Below, in pieces: positions 12,074 to 22,931 of a stretch of DNA of 64,000 bases (position 1 is its first letter; each line of letters starts with the position of its first letter). A program made the position numbers and the translations under genes. The DNA lies in assembly GCA_019058275.1 (NCBI GenBank), contig JAHLVW010000062.1, positions 128,001 to 192,000 on the forward strand. The letters are read 5' to 3'. A model generated the notes under the pieces. It ran no database searches, was not told where the DNA came from, and saw only the letters and a list, made by a program, of their open reading frames with translations. This DNA is from Candidatus Heimdallarchaeota archaeon. GTDB lineage: Archaea > Asgardarchaeota > Heimdallarchaeia > JABLTI01.

Positions 12074-13183
12074 ATGATAGATGCAAAAGACATGGAAATA
12101 CTACTTACTATTCAAGACAATCCACTTGCTACATTATCTGATATTGCTTCTCAAATTAACTTAAGTATATCAAATACATCTGCTAGATTGACAAGGTTAG
12201 AAGAGATTGAAAAAGCTTTTTTTGGAGTAAAAGTCGGCTTGAATTTAAGTGCATTGGAACTAGAGACAAATAATTTCCTAATAAAACTAAATTCTAAAAA
12301 ATCTCTTAAGCTCTTTGAGAACAAATTCAGTTACTATCATCCATACTTAATGTATCGTGGTCGTTGTAATGGAAAATTTCCAGGTCTTTATTTGCAGTTT
12401 AGAACCCCAAAAGAAGGTTTAAACTATCTTGAAGAATTGTTTGGAATATTACTTTCAAAAGGTATTCTAGAGGATTTTGAATATATACAAAAACAACCAA
12501 ATGAAGCTCAAGTTCGAATTAATTCATCACTTCGTGGATGGGACCCTAAAAAACAAAGATGGATTTTTGATTGGAAGACATGGAAAGATAATTTTGAAAA
12601 CACTTCAGCTAAGTCTATACCAGAGAAATCAGGTTCTGAATCAATACTTGAGCAATTATCTGAGATGGATATCAAGCTTTTATCCGAATTAACATTGGAT
12701 GCACGTAGGAAAAACGTAGATATGATGAAAAATAGAGGAGTAGAAAATAATCCCGGAGTTGCACAGAAAGTTAGCAGAAGAATCAAATTTCTGAAGGAGA
12801 AAGCCATTTCAGATTATCGAATTTATCTCAATTGGTCAATATTCGATTTATATCAAACAATTTTGATTAAAGGTCAATGCCATAACAATGCTTCACTTAA
12901 ACTTCGAAATTATTTAACAGAAAGTAAATCAAGTATTCCATTTCAGAATATTTATTTTATTACAGATTATGGATTCTTGTGGTATATACGTGCTCCTCCT
13001 TCCCATTTAAGTGAATTAATGGATTTCATTTGGGATGTCTGTCCTGGGCATGAATTGTTTCTTATCGATTACAAATTCACTCGAGTGTATGGCTTATGGG
13101 ATCAAACTTTTAACGCTGAGAAGAAAAAATGGAAATTAAATTATGAATTTATGATTGATAATGTTGTAAAAAAAATTCTCTAA
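12074..13183 (+). CDS. Tandem-HTH Lrp/AsnC-like transcriptional regulator, paralog 1
   Basis: N-terminal wHTH (DMEILLTIQDNPLATLSDIA...RL) and a second Lrp-type HTH (LSEMDIKLLSELTLDARRKN). Confidence 0.75.
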   Translation: MIDAKDMEILLTIQDNPLATLSDIASQINLSISNTSARLTRLEEIEKAFFGVKVGLNLSALELETNNFLIKLNSKKSLKLFENKFSYYHPYLMYRGRCNGKFPGLYLQFRTPKEGLNYLEELFGILLSKGILEDFEYIQKQPNEAQVRINSSLRGWDPKKQRWIFDWKTWKDNFENTSAKSIPEKSGSESILEQLSEMDIKLLSELTLDARRKNVDMMKNRGVENNPGVAQKVSRRIKFLKEKAISDYRIYLNWSIFDLYQTILIKGQCHNNASLKLRNYLTESKSSIPFQNIYFITDYGFLWYIRAPPSHLSELMDFIWDVCPGHELFLIDYKFTRVYGLWDQTFNAEKKKWKLNYEFMIDNVVKKIL

Positions 13184-13227
13184 AACATTGGCTCTTTAAT
13201 ATAAAACAAATAATTTAAATTTTTGAA

Positions 13228-15426
13228 ATGCTAACTTTTACTCGGAAGAGGTATAAGCTAATGACTTCTTTAATTCCTGATTATGAAATTTTTACTAAGA
13301 ATCTACCAGCTTTCTTTGTAAAAGAAGTAAAAGTAATGCGTTCAAGATTAAAGGAGAAAAATGATTTCATAGCTTATGCACAATCCATGGTTAAAGCAAT
13401 TATAAAATTCTGTTCAGAAGATTCTAACTATTCCAAATTAAAGCCTAAGATTTCTGATGAAGATTTCAATGAAATTATTAAAGCAGTTATAAGATTGCAT
13501 TTCTTTACTTATAATTCAGTAAATGCAAGATCATCAGACTTGAAAAGACTAAAAACTATTCTAAAAAGAAATAGTGATCCTATAATACAATCATGGTATG
13601 CTATTTTCTTTTTTGAAGAATGGCGAATAGAGAAACGATTTGATTATATTCAAAATCAATATAATAATTATCAGCAATTAGTAGCTGATGGGAAGGAATT
13701 TTCCTTTTTTGACAAATTGGATATACATCAGTTTCTGGGTTACTTAGCATTTCAAAAATATGATTTTCCAAAATTCAAAGAACTAACCCAAGTAATTTAC
13801 TCTATGTATGAATCAGAAGAAATGAGTGAGGATTTACTGCTATTAACGTATAAAACCATTTTCAGCAGCATTCTAGGTTATCACAATGCTCTTATTGGTG
13901 ATTTTAAAGATGCTGATTTCTTAATTGGAATTGCTGAAGCTTTTGCTGAAGAGCTAAATCTTCCATACTTAAAATCGCAAGTTAAAAGTAATTTAGGCAG
14001 TATTTACACATACAAAGGGAATCTTATCGAAGGAATAGAACAATTCAAAGAAGCACTAGTTTTAGCTCAGAAAGTGGGAAATGATTATAGTGCAGCTCGT
14101 ATAAAAGCAAATACAGGAGTAACTCAACTTTCATTAGGCTTTTATGATGAAGCATTAACATCTTTCTTAGAAGTTAAGAAATATGCTGAAGATGCTGTAG
14201 GTATTGCTCCTCTGAATTTCCATACAACAATTTTGTTGAATATAGCTGACACATACAAGGTCATGGGAAAATATCAAGAAGCAATAAATTTCTTAGATGA
14301 AGCTTTGAAAATGGAAGAGCAAAATGAAGCTATAACTGCAAATCTACTGTCCATTTACTACCATCAGATAGATGTGTTACTTGAAGCAAATAATTTATTA
14401 GAAGCTCGTAAAACACTTGAGAAACTCAAAAAAGCTATGGTGAAAATTGAAGCTACACCAATGGGCGCAGCATATAATTATATGCTGGGAATTTTGGAAT
14501 CAAAAGAAGCTAATTTTGCATCAGCTAAAAGAGTTTTATTAGAAGCAATAAGGCTATCAGAAGAACAAGCAGTAATGCATTTAGGTCCTATACGTCTTAA
14601 AGCATCCTTCCAGCTAACTAATGTTCTGTTAAACAGCTATAAGTTTACAAATAATACAGAAGAATTGCAACAAGCTCTATCACTATTAGAAAACTTGGTA
14701 AAAACCGCTGAAGAGAAAAATCTTATACCAATGCTTAGTGATTGTTTGATTGTACGCGCTTATTTAAATGAAATTCTTGATTTTAGAGAAGGAGCAATTA
14801 TGGATCTTGAAAAGGCTCAATCAATAGCAGAAGAATATAAACTACCTGTACATCTCACTCGAGCAAAGGAACGATTTGCATCACTTAGTAATAGTGATCC
14901 TAAGCTTTCAAGAACCGAGAAAGCAAATGGTTTGTTAGATTATTTAGGAGATACTCTTCCAGCCATCTTAACCTACAGAGTTGCTCATCGATCTAAAACA
15001 GATGAGAGTACATTGCTTGGTTTCCTTGTTATGACTGATATTGGTTTACCTGTATTTTCAAAGTATTATGATGAAGTTATCGAGACACAAGACATCTTAC
15101 TCTCAGGATTGATTTCAGCTGTTTCAGGATTTATACAGAATACTTTAACAAAAGATCAAAATGGTTCATTAAAAAGCATCAAACATGAAAATGTTACAAT
15201 TCTAATTGAGAGAATAAATCAGAAGCTTTCACTAGTTTTCTTTACAGAAAAGGATACCGCAGATTTACAGCTTAAACTTATACAATTAGCCAGAGAAATA
15301 GAAAATCAAGCAAAAGAGAAGTATCTTGACATAACATCTGATGAAGTATCACAAGGTGATCAAAGAAATATTCTAAAAGAAATCATTGAAAGTTCAATGA
15401 TACGAATTTTACCATCAATTAAATAG
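13228..15426 (+). CDS. TPR repeat protein with C-terminal longin-like domain
   Basis: TPR motifs (SNLGSIYTYKG, LNIADTYKVMG); C-terminal GLPVFSKYY...LLSGLISAVSGF...SIKHEN. Confidence 0.75.
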   Translation: MLTFTRKRYKLMTSLIPDYEIFTKNLPAFFVKEVKVMRSRLKEKNDFIAYAQSMVKAIIKFCSEDSNYSKLKPKISDEDFNEIIKAVIRLHFFTYNSVNARSSDLKRLKTILKRNSDPIIQSWYAIFFFEEWRIEKRFDYIQNQYNNYQQLVADGKEFSFFDKLDIHQFLGYLAFQKYDFPKFKELTQVIYSMYESEEMSEDLLLLTYKTIFSSILGYHNALIGDFKDADFLIGIAEAFAEELNLPYLKSQVKSNLGSIYTYKGNLIEGIEQFKEALVLAQKVGNDYSAARIKANTGVTQLSLGFYDEALTSFLEVKKYAEDAVGIAPLNFHTTILLNIADTYKVMGKYQEAINFLDEALKMEEQNEAITANLLSIYYHQIDVLLEANNLLEARKTLEKLKKAMVKIEATPMGAAYNYMLGILESKEANFASAKRVLLEAIRLSEEQAVMHLGPIRLKASFQLTNVLLNSYKFTNNTEELQQALSLLENLVKTAEEKNLIPMLSDCLIVRAYLNEILDFREGAIMDLEKAQSIAEEYKLPVHLTRAKERFASLSNSDPKLSRTEKANGLLDYLGDTLPAILTYRVAHRSKTDESTLLGFLVMTDIGLPVFSKYYDEVIETQDILLSGLISAVSGFIQNTLTKDQNGSLKSIKHENVTILIERINQKLSLVFFTEKDTADLQLKLIQLAREIENQAKEKYLDITSDEVSQGDQRNILKEIIESSMIRILPSIK

Positions 15427-15564
15427 GATCAAAAGCAATTTTGTGTAAGTTTTATAACAATCTTAATATTTGTGACGGGAATTTTTCTTTTTTCATATAA
15501 TTTGCATGTTTTACTGTTTATTAAATCACATCAAATTAATTGCTATTATTGAGGTATGTAAAGA

Positions 15565-18500
15565 TTGTCCAAAGAAATGCAAGAACAGGAAGCTAAAGAA
15601 TATAACTTCTCAATTCGAGAATTTCAGAAAACACAAAGTGATGCCCAACAACTAGCTGATTGTTATAATACATTTGATGACCCTGAATCTTGGCCAGGGG
15701 GTTTTGGTCATGGAGAACCTACAACTGCTGAAGAAATCTTAGAAAGTATGGAAAAACATACACCCTTATCAAAATTCGTTGCAATTTCTGATGGCAAAAT
15801 TGTTGGACATTGTGATGTATTAGAGAATGCAGCATTAAAGGATGTTTATTATGTTGGACTACTAGGTGTAGATCCAAAGTATCAAGGAAAAAAGATTGGT
15901 AAAAATCTGCTACTAAAAGCAAATGAACGTGTAATTGAGCTAGAAAAAGATGTTATAACATTGCATACATGGGGTGGAAACCTCAAAGGAGTTCCATTGT
16001 ACAAAAAAGCAGGTTATTTTTGGGCACCTGAAACTTCAGTCTATATGGAGAGCTTTATGCCTGGAATACTAAGACTTAAATTATTCAAGAGATTTTTTGA
16101 CAAGTATGATTGGTACACAACATATAAACGAACATTAAGCCTATTACCTGATGAAGAAAAAATCAGTAAGATGAATATTTACAATAATTATTTTGAAGCT
16201 GACAAGAACAACTCATTAAATGTAATGATAGACAGACATGCAAAAAAGATCTGTGGTTTTGAATTAAAATCTGAAGAAGGTTCTATAGGTGCAACTTGTC
16301 TAGTTGATAATCATATAGGTTATGTGGGCTATGGAAAAGTACTTGTAAAGTGGATTCTAAAAAATGAAACAAAACAAGAGAAACAATACGCTCTGTATAT
16401 TAACAAGACTAGTATTAATTTGGAAAAAGAACCAGAAGTAATGCATGTTTTGAAACCAGGTGAAACTAAAACAATTGAATCTTGGGCAACTTTAGAATTA
16501 GATGTTGAAACAAAATCAAATCCAAATGATGGTCATCTTCAAACAGAACAAATAATTGAAACACTAATTTCTTTTGATGATGAGGAAATAGATTTAACTG
16601 TTGGAATTATTCCTCTAGATCCTTTGGTTGTTGAAGTTTATCCAAGATATATTTCTGTAATACCTGGAGAGAAAACGAATGTTCCTCTTAGATTATGGAA
16701 TAGAACTGAAGATAAAATAAAAGGTTCAATAATAATTAATGAAATTCCAAATGTTGAATTTGAATCTAACACACTTTTACTAAACCTTGAGTCAAAGGAA
16801 AGAATTGATCTATCTATAAATTTCCAATTAAATGAAAATTATAATCATTCACTAGTATCATTAAAATTGAATATTTTCAAAGATCAAAAGAATGAAAGAA
16901 TTAAGCTCCCTGAGGAATTTATACAGATTCCTGTTATCGATTACTCAACAGGAACTAATTTAAAATGCTCTGGATATATAATTGAAAATAAAAAAGCAAT
17001 TCTTGAAAATAATACAATTAGATTAGAAATTAGTTTATCTGAATCATCAGTATTGAGAAGGATATTTGATAAAAGGGATGGAAAATTCTACTATTTTGGT
17101 ACTGCTCAACCTGATTTAGGTTTACCTTTTATGGGATATGCTAATGAATTCAAAAAGATTAAACATACAGCTGAAATTGTTAAGCAAAAGGAAAAAGTAT
17201 CTCTAATTTTAACAGCTACCTCTCTAAGAAAGAAAGGGATTAAATTACAAAGAACTTTCACAATTAAACCAAATAATGATCTAATAGAAATAATGGTAAA
17301 AATCGTTAATGAGTCTAGTGAAACTCACAAAGATATTGCTATAAGAATGTTGAGTGATGCTTGGGGTTGGGGTAGAATTGCTTTTGACTGTAAGACATAT
17401 CTTCCATTGAATAGAGGTTTAATGAAGGTCGATGATAACTTAGAATTTCATAGTAGTAGGCATTATCCAAAAGATGTTGATGAATGGAAGGAATCTTGGA
17501 TTTGTACCGAATTTGATCAAGCAAAATTATTTGGTTTTATGTGGGATAAAACATATCTAAAGAAAATTGAAGCAGGTATAGGTACTGCATCAACACTAGA
17601 ATATGATTTTGGAACACTAGAACCTGGTCAACATAAGCAGATAAAATACTTTATCTACTTTGGAAGAGGTAATTGGAAAGATTTCAGGAAATTATGGCAG
17701 GAGCAAATTGAAAAAGATAGTTCTTTAGCTTTGGATCCAATTGAAGAAACAATGACGATTCTAGATGAGTTTACAATTGAAACTGAATCATCTGTTTATG
17801 GCAAAATGAACTCCTTTAATATTCAACCAATAAACTATGATGATACATTAAATCTGATTGTGAATAACAATACATTAAGGAAAATTAAAGGGAAACTAGT
17901 AATGGAGCTGCCTAAAGGAGTTACATTTGAAGATAACACAAATATGTTCGAATCTGAGATTAATGAATTGGTAAGTGGGAAACCTTATGAAAACATATTC
18001 AAAATTTATGCAAATGAAATCTATTTTGGTAGAATTTTCTTTGTCAAATTGAGTATTGTTATAGAAGGAACATCATTCGATCTCTCATTTTTAGCTCAAA
18101 TACTCAATAAAGACTTCAAAATAAATATCCAGAAGAATGATGAAATTAACAATAAGGAACTTTATACAATAGATAACGGTAAACTACTCCTCTCTATTTC
18201 TAAAGATCATGGTGGCTCGGTTACATCCTTCAAAATTCCTACAATTTCCAAATCTGAGAATCTTCTAAGTTCATGGCCAGAAGTAAAAACTTTCATGTGG
18301 GATAGTCATTGGTTTGGAGGTATTGTACCAATAATTAGTAATCCATATTCTTGGGGTTCTATTACTCATCTTGAGGAATTCATTTCTGAGCAGATTGACA
18401 ATGGTCTAGAGAAAGGAATTAAGGTTACTTCGAAATTAAAATCAAAGGAACTTCTAGAGGGTCTGCAACTTGAAATTGATTATACAACATTACCTTTTTC

Positions 18501-18912
18501 AAATGCAATTAAAGCAACATTTAGGGTGCTAAATAACACAAAGGCTACTTTGAGATTCAGGGGAGGATTGGATGCAAATATTGCTGTTTCTGAACGAGTA
18601 ACAAACGATATTTTCTTTGAAATTAACGGAGTTTTACACAAAAGAACTTTTCAATCTCAAAAATGGATTCCTAAAATGAACAATAAATGGGTAGTTTTTG
18701 TTGATCAAGAATCAAAAATAGCGCTAGCAATCATAGGTCCTACTAAAAGGAATTTGAGATTAATTATAAGTGATGACGGTGAGTTGCTAAATTCAGCTAA
18801 TACAATAAATGAATTATTTATTCCAGCTAAAAGTAAAGTAGAATATGACGTACTCTATATTCTCTATCCATTAAATCATGAATTAATTGAACATCTCAGA
18901 GGAAGATTTTGA
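15565..18912 (+). CDS. Large multidomain GNAT acetyltransferase
   Basis: N-terminal GNAT (LGVDPKYQGKKIGKNL, LYKKAGY) followed by about 900 aa of beta-rich domains. Confidence 0.75.
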   Translation: MSKEMQEQEAKEYNFSIREFQKTQSDAQQLADCYNTFDDPESWPGGFGHGEPTTAEEILESMEKHTPLSKFVAISDGKIVGHCDVLENAALKDVYYVGLLGVDPKYQGKKIGKNLLLKANERVIELEKDVITLHTWGGNLKGVPLYKKAGYFWAPETSVYMESFMPGILRLKLFKRFFDKYDWYTTYKRTLSLLPDEEKISKMNIYNNYFEADKNNSLNVMIDRHAKKICGFELKSEEGSIGATCLVDNHIGYVGYGKVLVKWILKNETKQEKQYALYINKTSINLEKEPEVMHVLKPGETKTIESWATLELDVETKSNPNDGHLQTEQIIETLISFDDEEIDLTVGIIPLDPLVVEVYPRYISVIPGEKTNVPLRLWNRTEDKIKGSIIINEIPNVEFESNTLLLNLESKERIDLSINFQLNENYNHSLVSLKLNIFKDQKNERIKLPEEFIQIPVIDYSTGTNLKCSGYIIENKKAILENNTIRLEISLSESSVLRRIFDKRDGKFYYFGTAQPDLGLPFMGYANEFKKIKHTAEIVKQKEKVSLILTATSLRKKGIKLQRTFTIKPNNDLIEIMVKIVNESSETHKDIAIRMLSDAWGWGRIAFDCKTYLPLNRGLMKVDDNLEFHSSRHYPKDVDEWKESWICTEFDQAKLFGFMWDKTYLKKIEAGIGTASTLEYDFGTLEPGQHKQIKYFIYFGRGNWKDFRKLWQEQIEKDSSLALDPIEETMTILDEFTIETESSVYGKMNSFNIQPINYDDTLNLIVNNNTLRKIKGKLVMELPKGVTFEDNTNMFESEINELVSGKPYENIFKIYANEIYFGRIFFVKLSIVIEGTSFDLSFLAQILNKDFKINIQKNDEINNKELYTIDNGKLLLSISKDHGGSVTSFKIPTISKSENLLSSWPEVKTFMWDSHWFGGIVPIISNPYSWGSITHLEEFISEQIDNGLEKGIKVTSKLKSKELLEGLQLEIDYTTLPFSNAIKATFRVLNNTKATLRFRGGLDANIAVSERVTNDIFFEINGVLHKRTFQSQKWIPKMNNKWVVFVDQESKIALAIIGPTKRNLRLIISDDGELLNSANTINELFIPAKSKVEYDVLYILYPLNHELIEHLRGRF

Positions 18913-19118
18913 TTCATTTTCACTTTTATTCGTTTTTTCCGAGATGGGTTTTAAATTTTAACAGTGGAAACATCTTAAACTTTAGAATTTCAAAACCTTT
19001 AAAGATTATAAAATGAATTTTTTTCTTGTCCTGATGATAGTTTCTTAATGAGTATTTTATTGAAAGATTGTAGTTATTTTTCATTTGAATAGTAATTTAC
19101 CTAATAGGGGTGTTATAA

Positions 19119-20012
19119 ACGTTAGAACCAAAAATAATTGATGCTCATTCCAGTCATGTATTAAAAATAGATTTTACATTAGATAGCAAAGCATTAATTT
19201 CTGCAGGTATGGATAATGCCATTAGAATTTGGAAAACTGAGGATTGGGAATATTACTTTGAGCTAGATGGTCATACAAAGAGTGTAAACACATTTGCCTT
19301 GAAGAGTGATGAGAATATTCTCTTCACAGGTTCAAGTGATAAAACAATAAAGATTTGGGATCTAGTTGACCGTAAAGAAATCCTAACTTTAAAGGGTCAT
19401 AAGAAACCTGTTGTATCTTTAGCAATTTCACCTGAAGGATCATTACTTGCATCTAGTTCTTATGAAGGTGATGTTCGATTATGGTGTCTTGAAACACTCG
19501 AATCTTATGCAGCATTAAAAGGACACACAAGTCATGTATCAAGCCTAAGTTTTGCTCCTGATTGCTCTTATTTAGTTTCAGGTGCATTGGATGATAGTAT
19601 GATTGTCTGGGATTTACCTTCTGGCGATTTAATTAAGAAAATAAAATCTCATAAAACATCAACCTCTTCTATTCACCATTTCGCTAAAGGTAAGAAACTT
19701 CTAACTACCGGAGCAGATCAAACGTTAAGAATCTGGAGCACTAAAGACTGGTCTGAGGAAAATAAAATCAAGTTTAAAGAACTAGGTCTTCATTCAGTAA
19801 CTCTCTCACCAAATGAGAAGTATTTCGCAATTACAAGTGATAATAAATTTCAAATCTGGTCACTAAAGAAAGTAAGTTTATTGTTAGATCAAACAATAAA
19901 GCCCAAAGGTGTTTATACTACAGCGTTCTCATCCGATGGTAAATGGTTTGCAGTTGGTTCTGCTGATAAAAAGATTAGAATTTGGGACCTTAAAGAGCTG
20001 CTAAAGTTTTAA
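19119..20012 (+). CDS. WD40 repeat protein
   Basis: Seven GH...WD repeats; the frame extends upstream of ATG 19209 to an ACG at 19119 preceded by GGGGTG. Confidence 0.9.
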   Translation, partial: TLEPKIIDAHSSHVLKIDFTLDSKALISAGMDNAIRIWKTEDWEYYFELDGHTKSVNTFALKSDENILFTGSSDKTIKIWDLVDRKEILTLKGHKKPVVSLAISPEGSLLASSSYEGDVRLWCLETLESYAALKGHTSHVSSLSFAPDCSYLVSGALDDSMIVWDLPSGDLIKKIKSHKTSTSSIHHFAKGKKLLTTGADQTLRIWSTKDWSEENKIKFKELGLHSVTLSPNEKYFAITSDNKFQIWSLKKVSLLLDQTIKPKGVYTTAFSSDGKWFAVGSADKKIRIWDLKELLKF

Positions 20013-20111
20013 TGCAAAAGTAGTCCAGTGCTGTTTTTAACTTTAATCAATAATTGATGTAAACGATAAGGTTTTTTATATTAGATATTTACAAATAGAT
20101 TGGTTTAAACA

Positions 20112-20780
20112 TTGACACAAGAGAAAATTCAAGAATTAATGAAAAATCTAGAACCAAAAAATGATAAGATAATTAGAATGCGAGCAGCAATTGCATTAAG
20201 TGATTTAGGTGAAGAAGCAAAAGAAGCTATACCTGCTCTACTTTTGACTCTTAAAGAAGATGAAAGCTCAAAAGTGCGAGAAAATGCTGCAAAAGCTCTT
20301 GGTCAAATGGGAAAAAATGTTTTTGAGGTGGCAAAAGCATTAGTAAATAGTATGCATGATGATGAAGCAGAGAGTGTACGTTTGGTAGCTGCTGAGTCTT
20401 TAGGTGAACTTGGTGATGTAGCTGTTCCTGCTCTACTAACAGTTCTTAGAAGTGAAGATAATATTGGTGTATTAGAGAAAACAATTGAAACATTAGGTAA
20501 AATTGGTTTGTGGACCAAATCAGAAGAACCTGAGTTAATTAATTCACTTGTTTCTGAAATCCTACTTGTTATTGGAAAAAACACTATAGAATCTTTACAT
20601 ATTGTAGCAGTTGAAACGATAACGAAAATGGGTGAAGCAGCTATTAAACCATTACTTAAGGTTTACAAGTCTGAAGAAAGCATAGATGTTAAAACTGTTA
20701 TAAATGTAATTTTTGAAAGATTAGCACAGCTTTTAGGATACAGAAATGGAGCTGCGCTAATTAGAATACACGATTATTGA
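20112..20780 (+). CDS. HEAT/PBS-lyase repeat protein
   Basis: VRENAAKALGQMG, VRLVAAESLGELG, AIPALL repeats. Confidence 0.85.
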   Translation: MTQEKIQELMKNLEPKNDKIIRMRAAIALSDLGEEAKEAIPALLLTLKEDESSKVRENAAKALGQMGKNVFEVAKALVNSMHDDEAESVRLVAAESLGELGDVAVPALLTVLRSEDNIGVLEKTIETLGKIGLWTKSEEPELINSLVSEILLVIGKNTIESLHIVAVETITKMGEAAIKPLLKVYKSEESIDVKTVINVIFERLAQLLGYRNGAALIRIHDY

Positions 20781-21016
20781 AGATGTTTACAACAAGTTGA
20801 CTTTATTGTATAAAATCCTCTAAACCTGTTTTTGATTCAATTAATTATTTCGATGAAATCGTGAAATAATTTAATAATTAAAATACCTTTTTTTATATAA
20901 TGTCTAGCATGATATTGCTTTATTTATAGATGAAGGTAAACTAATCTACTCAGACACTGCAAAAGGATTAGAACAACTAGAATTAGCCAACAAATATCTG
21001 GGTCCAGTTTGACCTT

Positions 21017-22174
21017 CTAAAGTTTTGAAATGATGTTATTTACCATAAAATCATCATTCATAATCCATCTTTTATTTTTAAAGTCAAAAGCTTGATCCCA
21101 GAGATTATATATCATTGAATATCGATAGCTAGTCCAAAATATATCATGTTTCGGACAAATTGACCAAATAAAGTCAACAAGTTCACTTAGATGGGCTGGT
21201 GGTGCTTTAACAAACCAGAAGAAACCATTTTCTGATATGTAATAAACACTCTGAAATGGAAATGAAAGCAATTTTGTTTTAGGTGAATAGTCTATTACCT
21301 TTTTAGTGTGACCACTTCCTAATAAAAGATAATTTCTAAATTTCCTAGCAATTGTTTTTGAACAATAACCACGAATTATGATAGATTGATATAGATTGAA
21401 AACTTCGTAGTTCAAAAAGATCCTATAATTATCCACCGCAAATTCTTTTAGGAAATTAATTTTACGACTAATTTTTTGAGCAATACCTGGTTCTTTTTCT
21501 AGATTTAATTTCTTTATAATATCAACATTCTTTTGACGAGCATCTAGTATTATTTCGTCTAATAATTTTATATCTAATTCATCAAAATTTGAAATAATTG
21601 ATTTAACGTTATTCGATTTAGCAATAGAAGCTAGCGAAATTGCATCAAATCCTTCTCGCCAACTATTCCAATCAAATTGCCAAGTATTTCTTTGAGGATT
21701 CCAGAATTTAATAGCTGATTTCAATGTTACAGATGTCTCGAGAGTATTTCTTTTAATATAGTCATAATCAATAACTACACCTTTGTCTTTTAATTTCTCA
21801 GCTAAATCAATCAAATAAGGCAAACCATTTACTGGAGTGCGATATTGTACATATAATCCAGAAAACTTCCCAAAACATCTCGACCTATAGAGAGTGTAAG
21901 GGTGATCATCACAAATAATTTTCTCTATCTTCTCTAATGATTTTCGGGAATCAATATTATAAAAGAAATCATGAAGCTCTAAATCAAGAGCTTTTAGATT
22001 TAAGTCAGTATGTACACGTTTGTAGGCTTTCTCTATATTAGCTATTTTATCAAGTCTAATAGCAGTTCCTGAAACGCTCATATTTACACGCTTAGCAATA
22101 GAACTAACATTAGCAATCGGATTTTCTTGTAAAGCGAAGAGTATCTCCAAGTCTTTAGAGTCTAGCGTATAAAT
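21017..22174 (-). CDS. Tandem-HTH Lrp/AsnC-like regulator, paralog 2
   Basis: Aligns along its full length with 12074-13183 (HPY, GKF.GLY.Q.R.P, FDW..W, APP.HLSEL.DFIW, LWDQ.F); homology (LDSKDLEIL) extends upstream of TTG 22150 to about ATT 22174. Confidence 0.75.
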   Translation of the reverse strand: MYTLDSKDLEILFALQENPIANVSSIAKRVNMSVSGTAIRLDKIANIEKAYKRVHTDLNLKALDLELHDFFYNIDSRKSLEKIEKIICDDHPYTLYRSRCFGKFSGLYVQYRTPVNGLPYLIDLAEKLKDKGVVIDYDYIKRNTLETSVTLKSAIKFWNPQRNTWQFDWNSWREGFDAISLASIAKSNNVKSIISNFDELDIKLLDEIILDARQKNVDIIKKLNLEKEPGIAQKISRKINFLKEFAVDNYRIFLNYEVFNLYQSIIIRGYCSKTIARKFRNYLLLGSGHTKKVIDYSPKTKLLSFPFQSVYYISENGFFWFVKAPPAHLSELVDFIWSICPKHDIFWTSYRYSMIYNLWDQAFDFKNKRWIMNDDFMVNNIISKL

Positions 22175-22219
22175 GACCCCCGGATCCTTCTTTTTTTTAA
22201 TAAAAGAAAATAAAGCTAT

Positions 22220-22720
22220 CTAATAAATAATTTCCATAGATGCTGTTGGATCGCCAGGACCTATTCCTGGAGGATCAAATTCAATTTCATCTTCTAGAAT
22301 AAGATATCCATCAATATCTTCCATGAAAAATATTCCTGTTAGAGTTGCTTTATACCAACCTGGTTCCTCTGCAGTGTTAAATGTAGTTATAATAATAGTA
22401 ATAGTTCTATCTGATTCTCTAATTGTTGCATCAAATGAAAAATGGAATATTTTATCTGATGGTAATTTAAGATTCAAATACCAATAGCTTTTCGCATAAT
22501 CTTCAATATCTAGCTTTAACTTGGCTTTAATAATGATGTCATCTTCTACATCATCATCATCAAAATCACCATAATTTGCATAGATTATTTTAAGAGTACC
22601 ATAAACACTATCATCATCATCTTTGTCTGCTTTGACATTAAGAGAAACAAAGAGCATACCAGCTAATATGGTTGCGAAAATGATAGAAAGTAAAATAGTT
22701 TTTTTAGTTTTGTTTTTCAT
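22220..22720 (-). CDS. Secreted 'FDPP' protein, paralog 2
   Basis: Signal peptide, YGDFDDDDVEDDI, IIITTFNTAEEPGWY, FDPPGIGPGDP; GGTGGAG SD. Confidence 0.75.
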   Translation of the reverse strand: MKNKTKKTILLSIIFATILAGMLFVSLNVKADKDDDDSVYGTLKIIYANYGDFDDDDVEDDIIIKAKLKLDIEDYAKSYWYLNLKLPSDKIFHFSFDATIRESDRTITIIITTFNTAEEPGWYKATLTGIFFMEDIDGYLILEDEIEFDPPGIGPGDPTASMEIIY

Positions 22721-22931
22721 TTTATATCTCCACCTATCTGGAGTTTAGTCCACCTAGACTAATGGTTTTTGTCGGTAATTATAGATTTGTTAGTTATAAG
22801 TATTTCTTATTTAAAAAAAATGTTCAAAAAAAAAGCAAAAAATGAAATAAATAACGACAATAAAAGTTCTTTTTTGGATAGTCTTATTAATTCGTTAACA
22901 ATGAATAATCATTGAGAATCGGGGATAATAA

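Noticed and set aside
22150-22222. Readthrough fusion of FDPP protein and regulator (same frame in both cassettes)
   Set aside because: Cassette 1 has a second in-frame TAA and its own ATG; fusing a secreted protein to a DNA-binding protein is implausible
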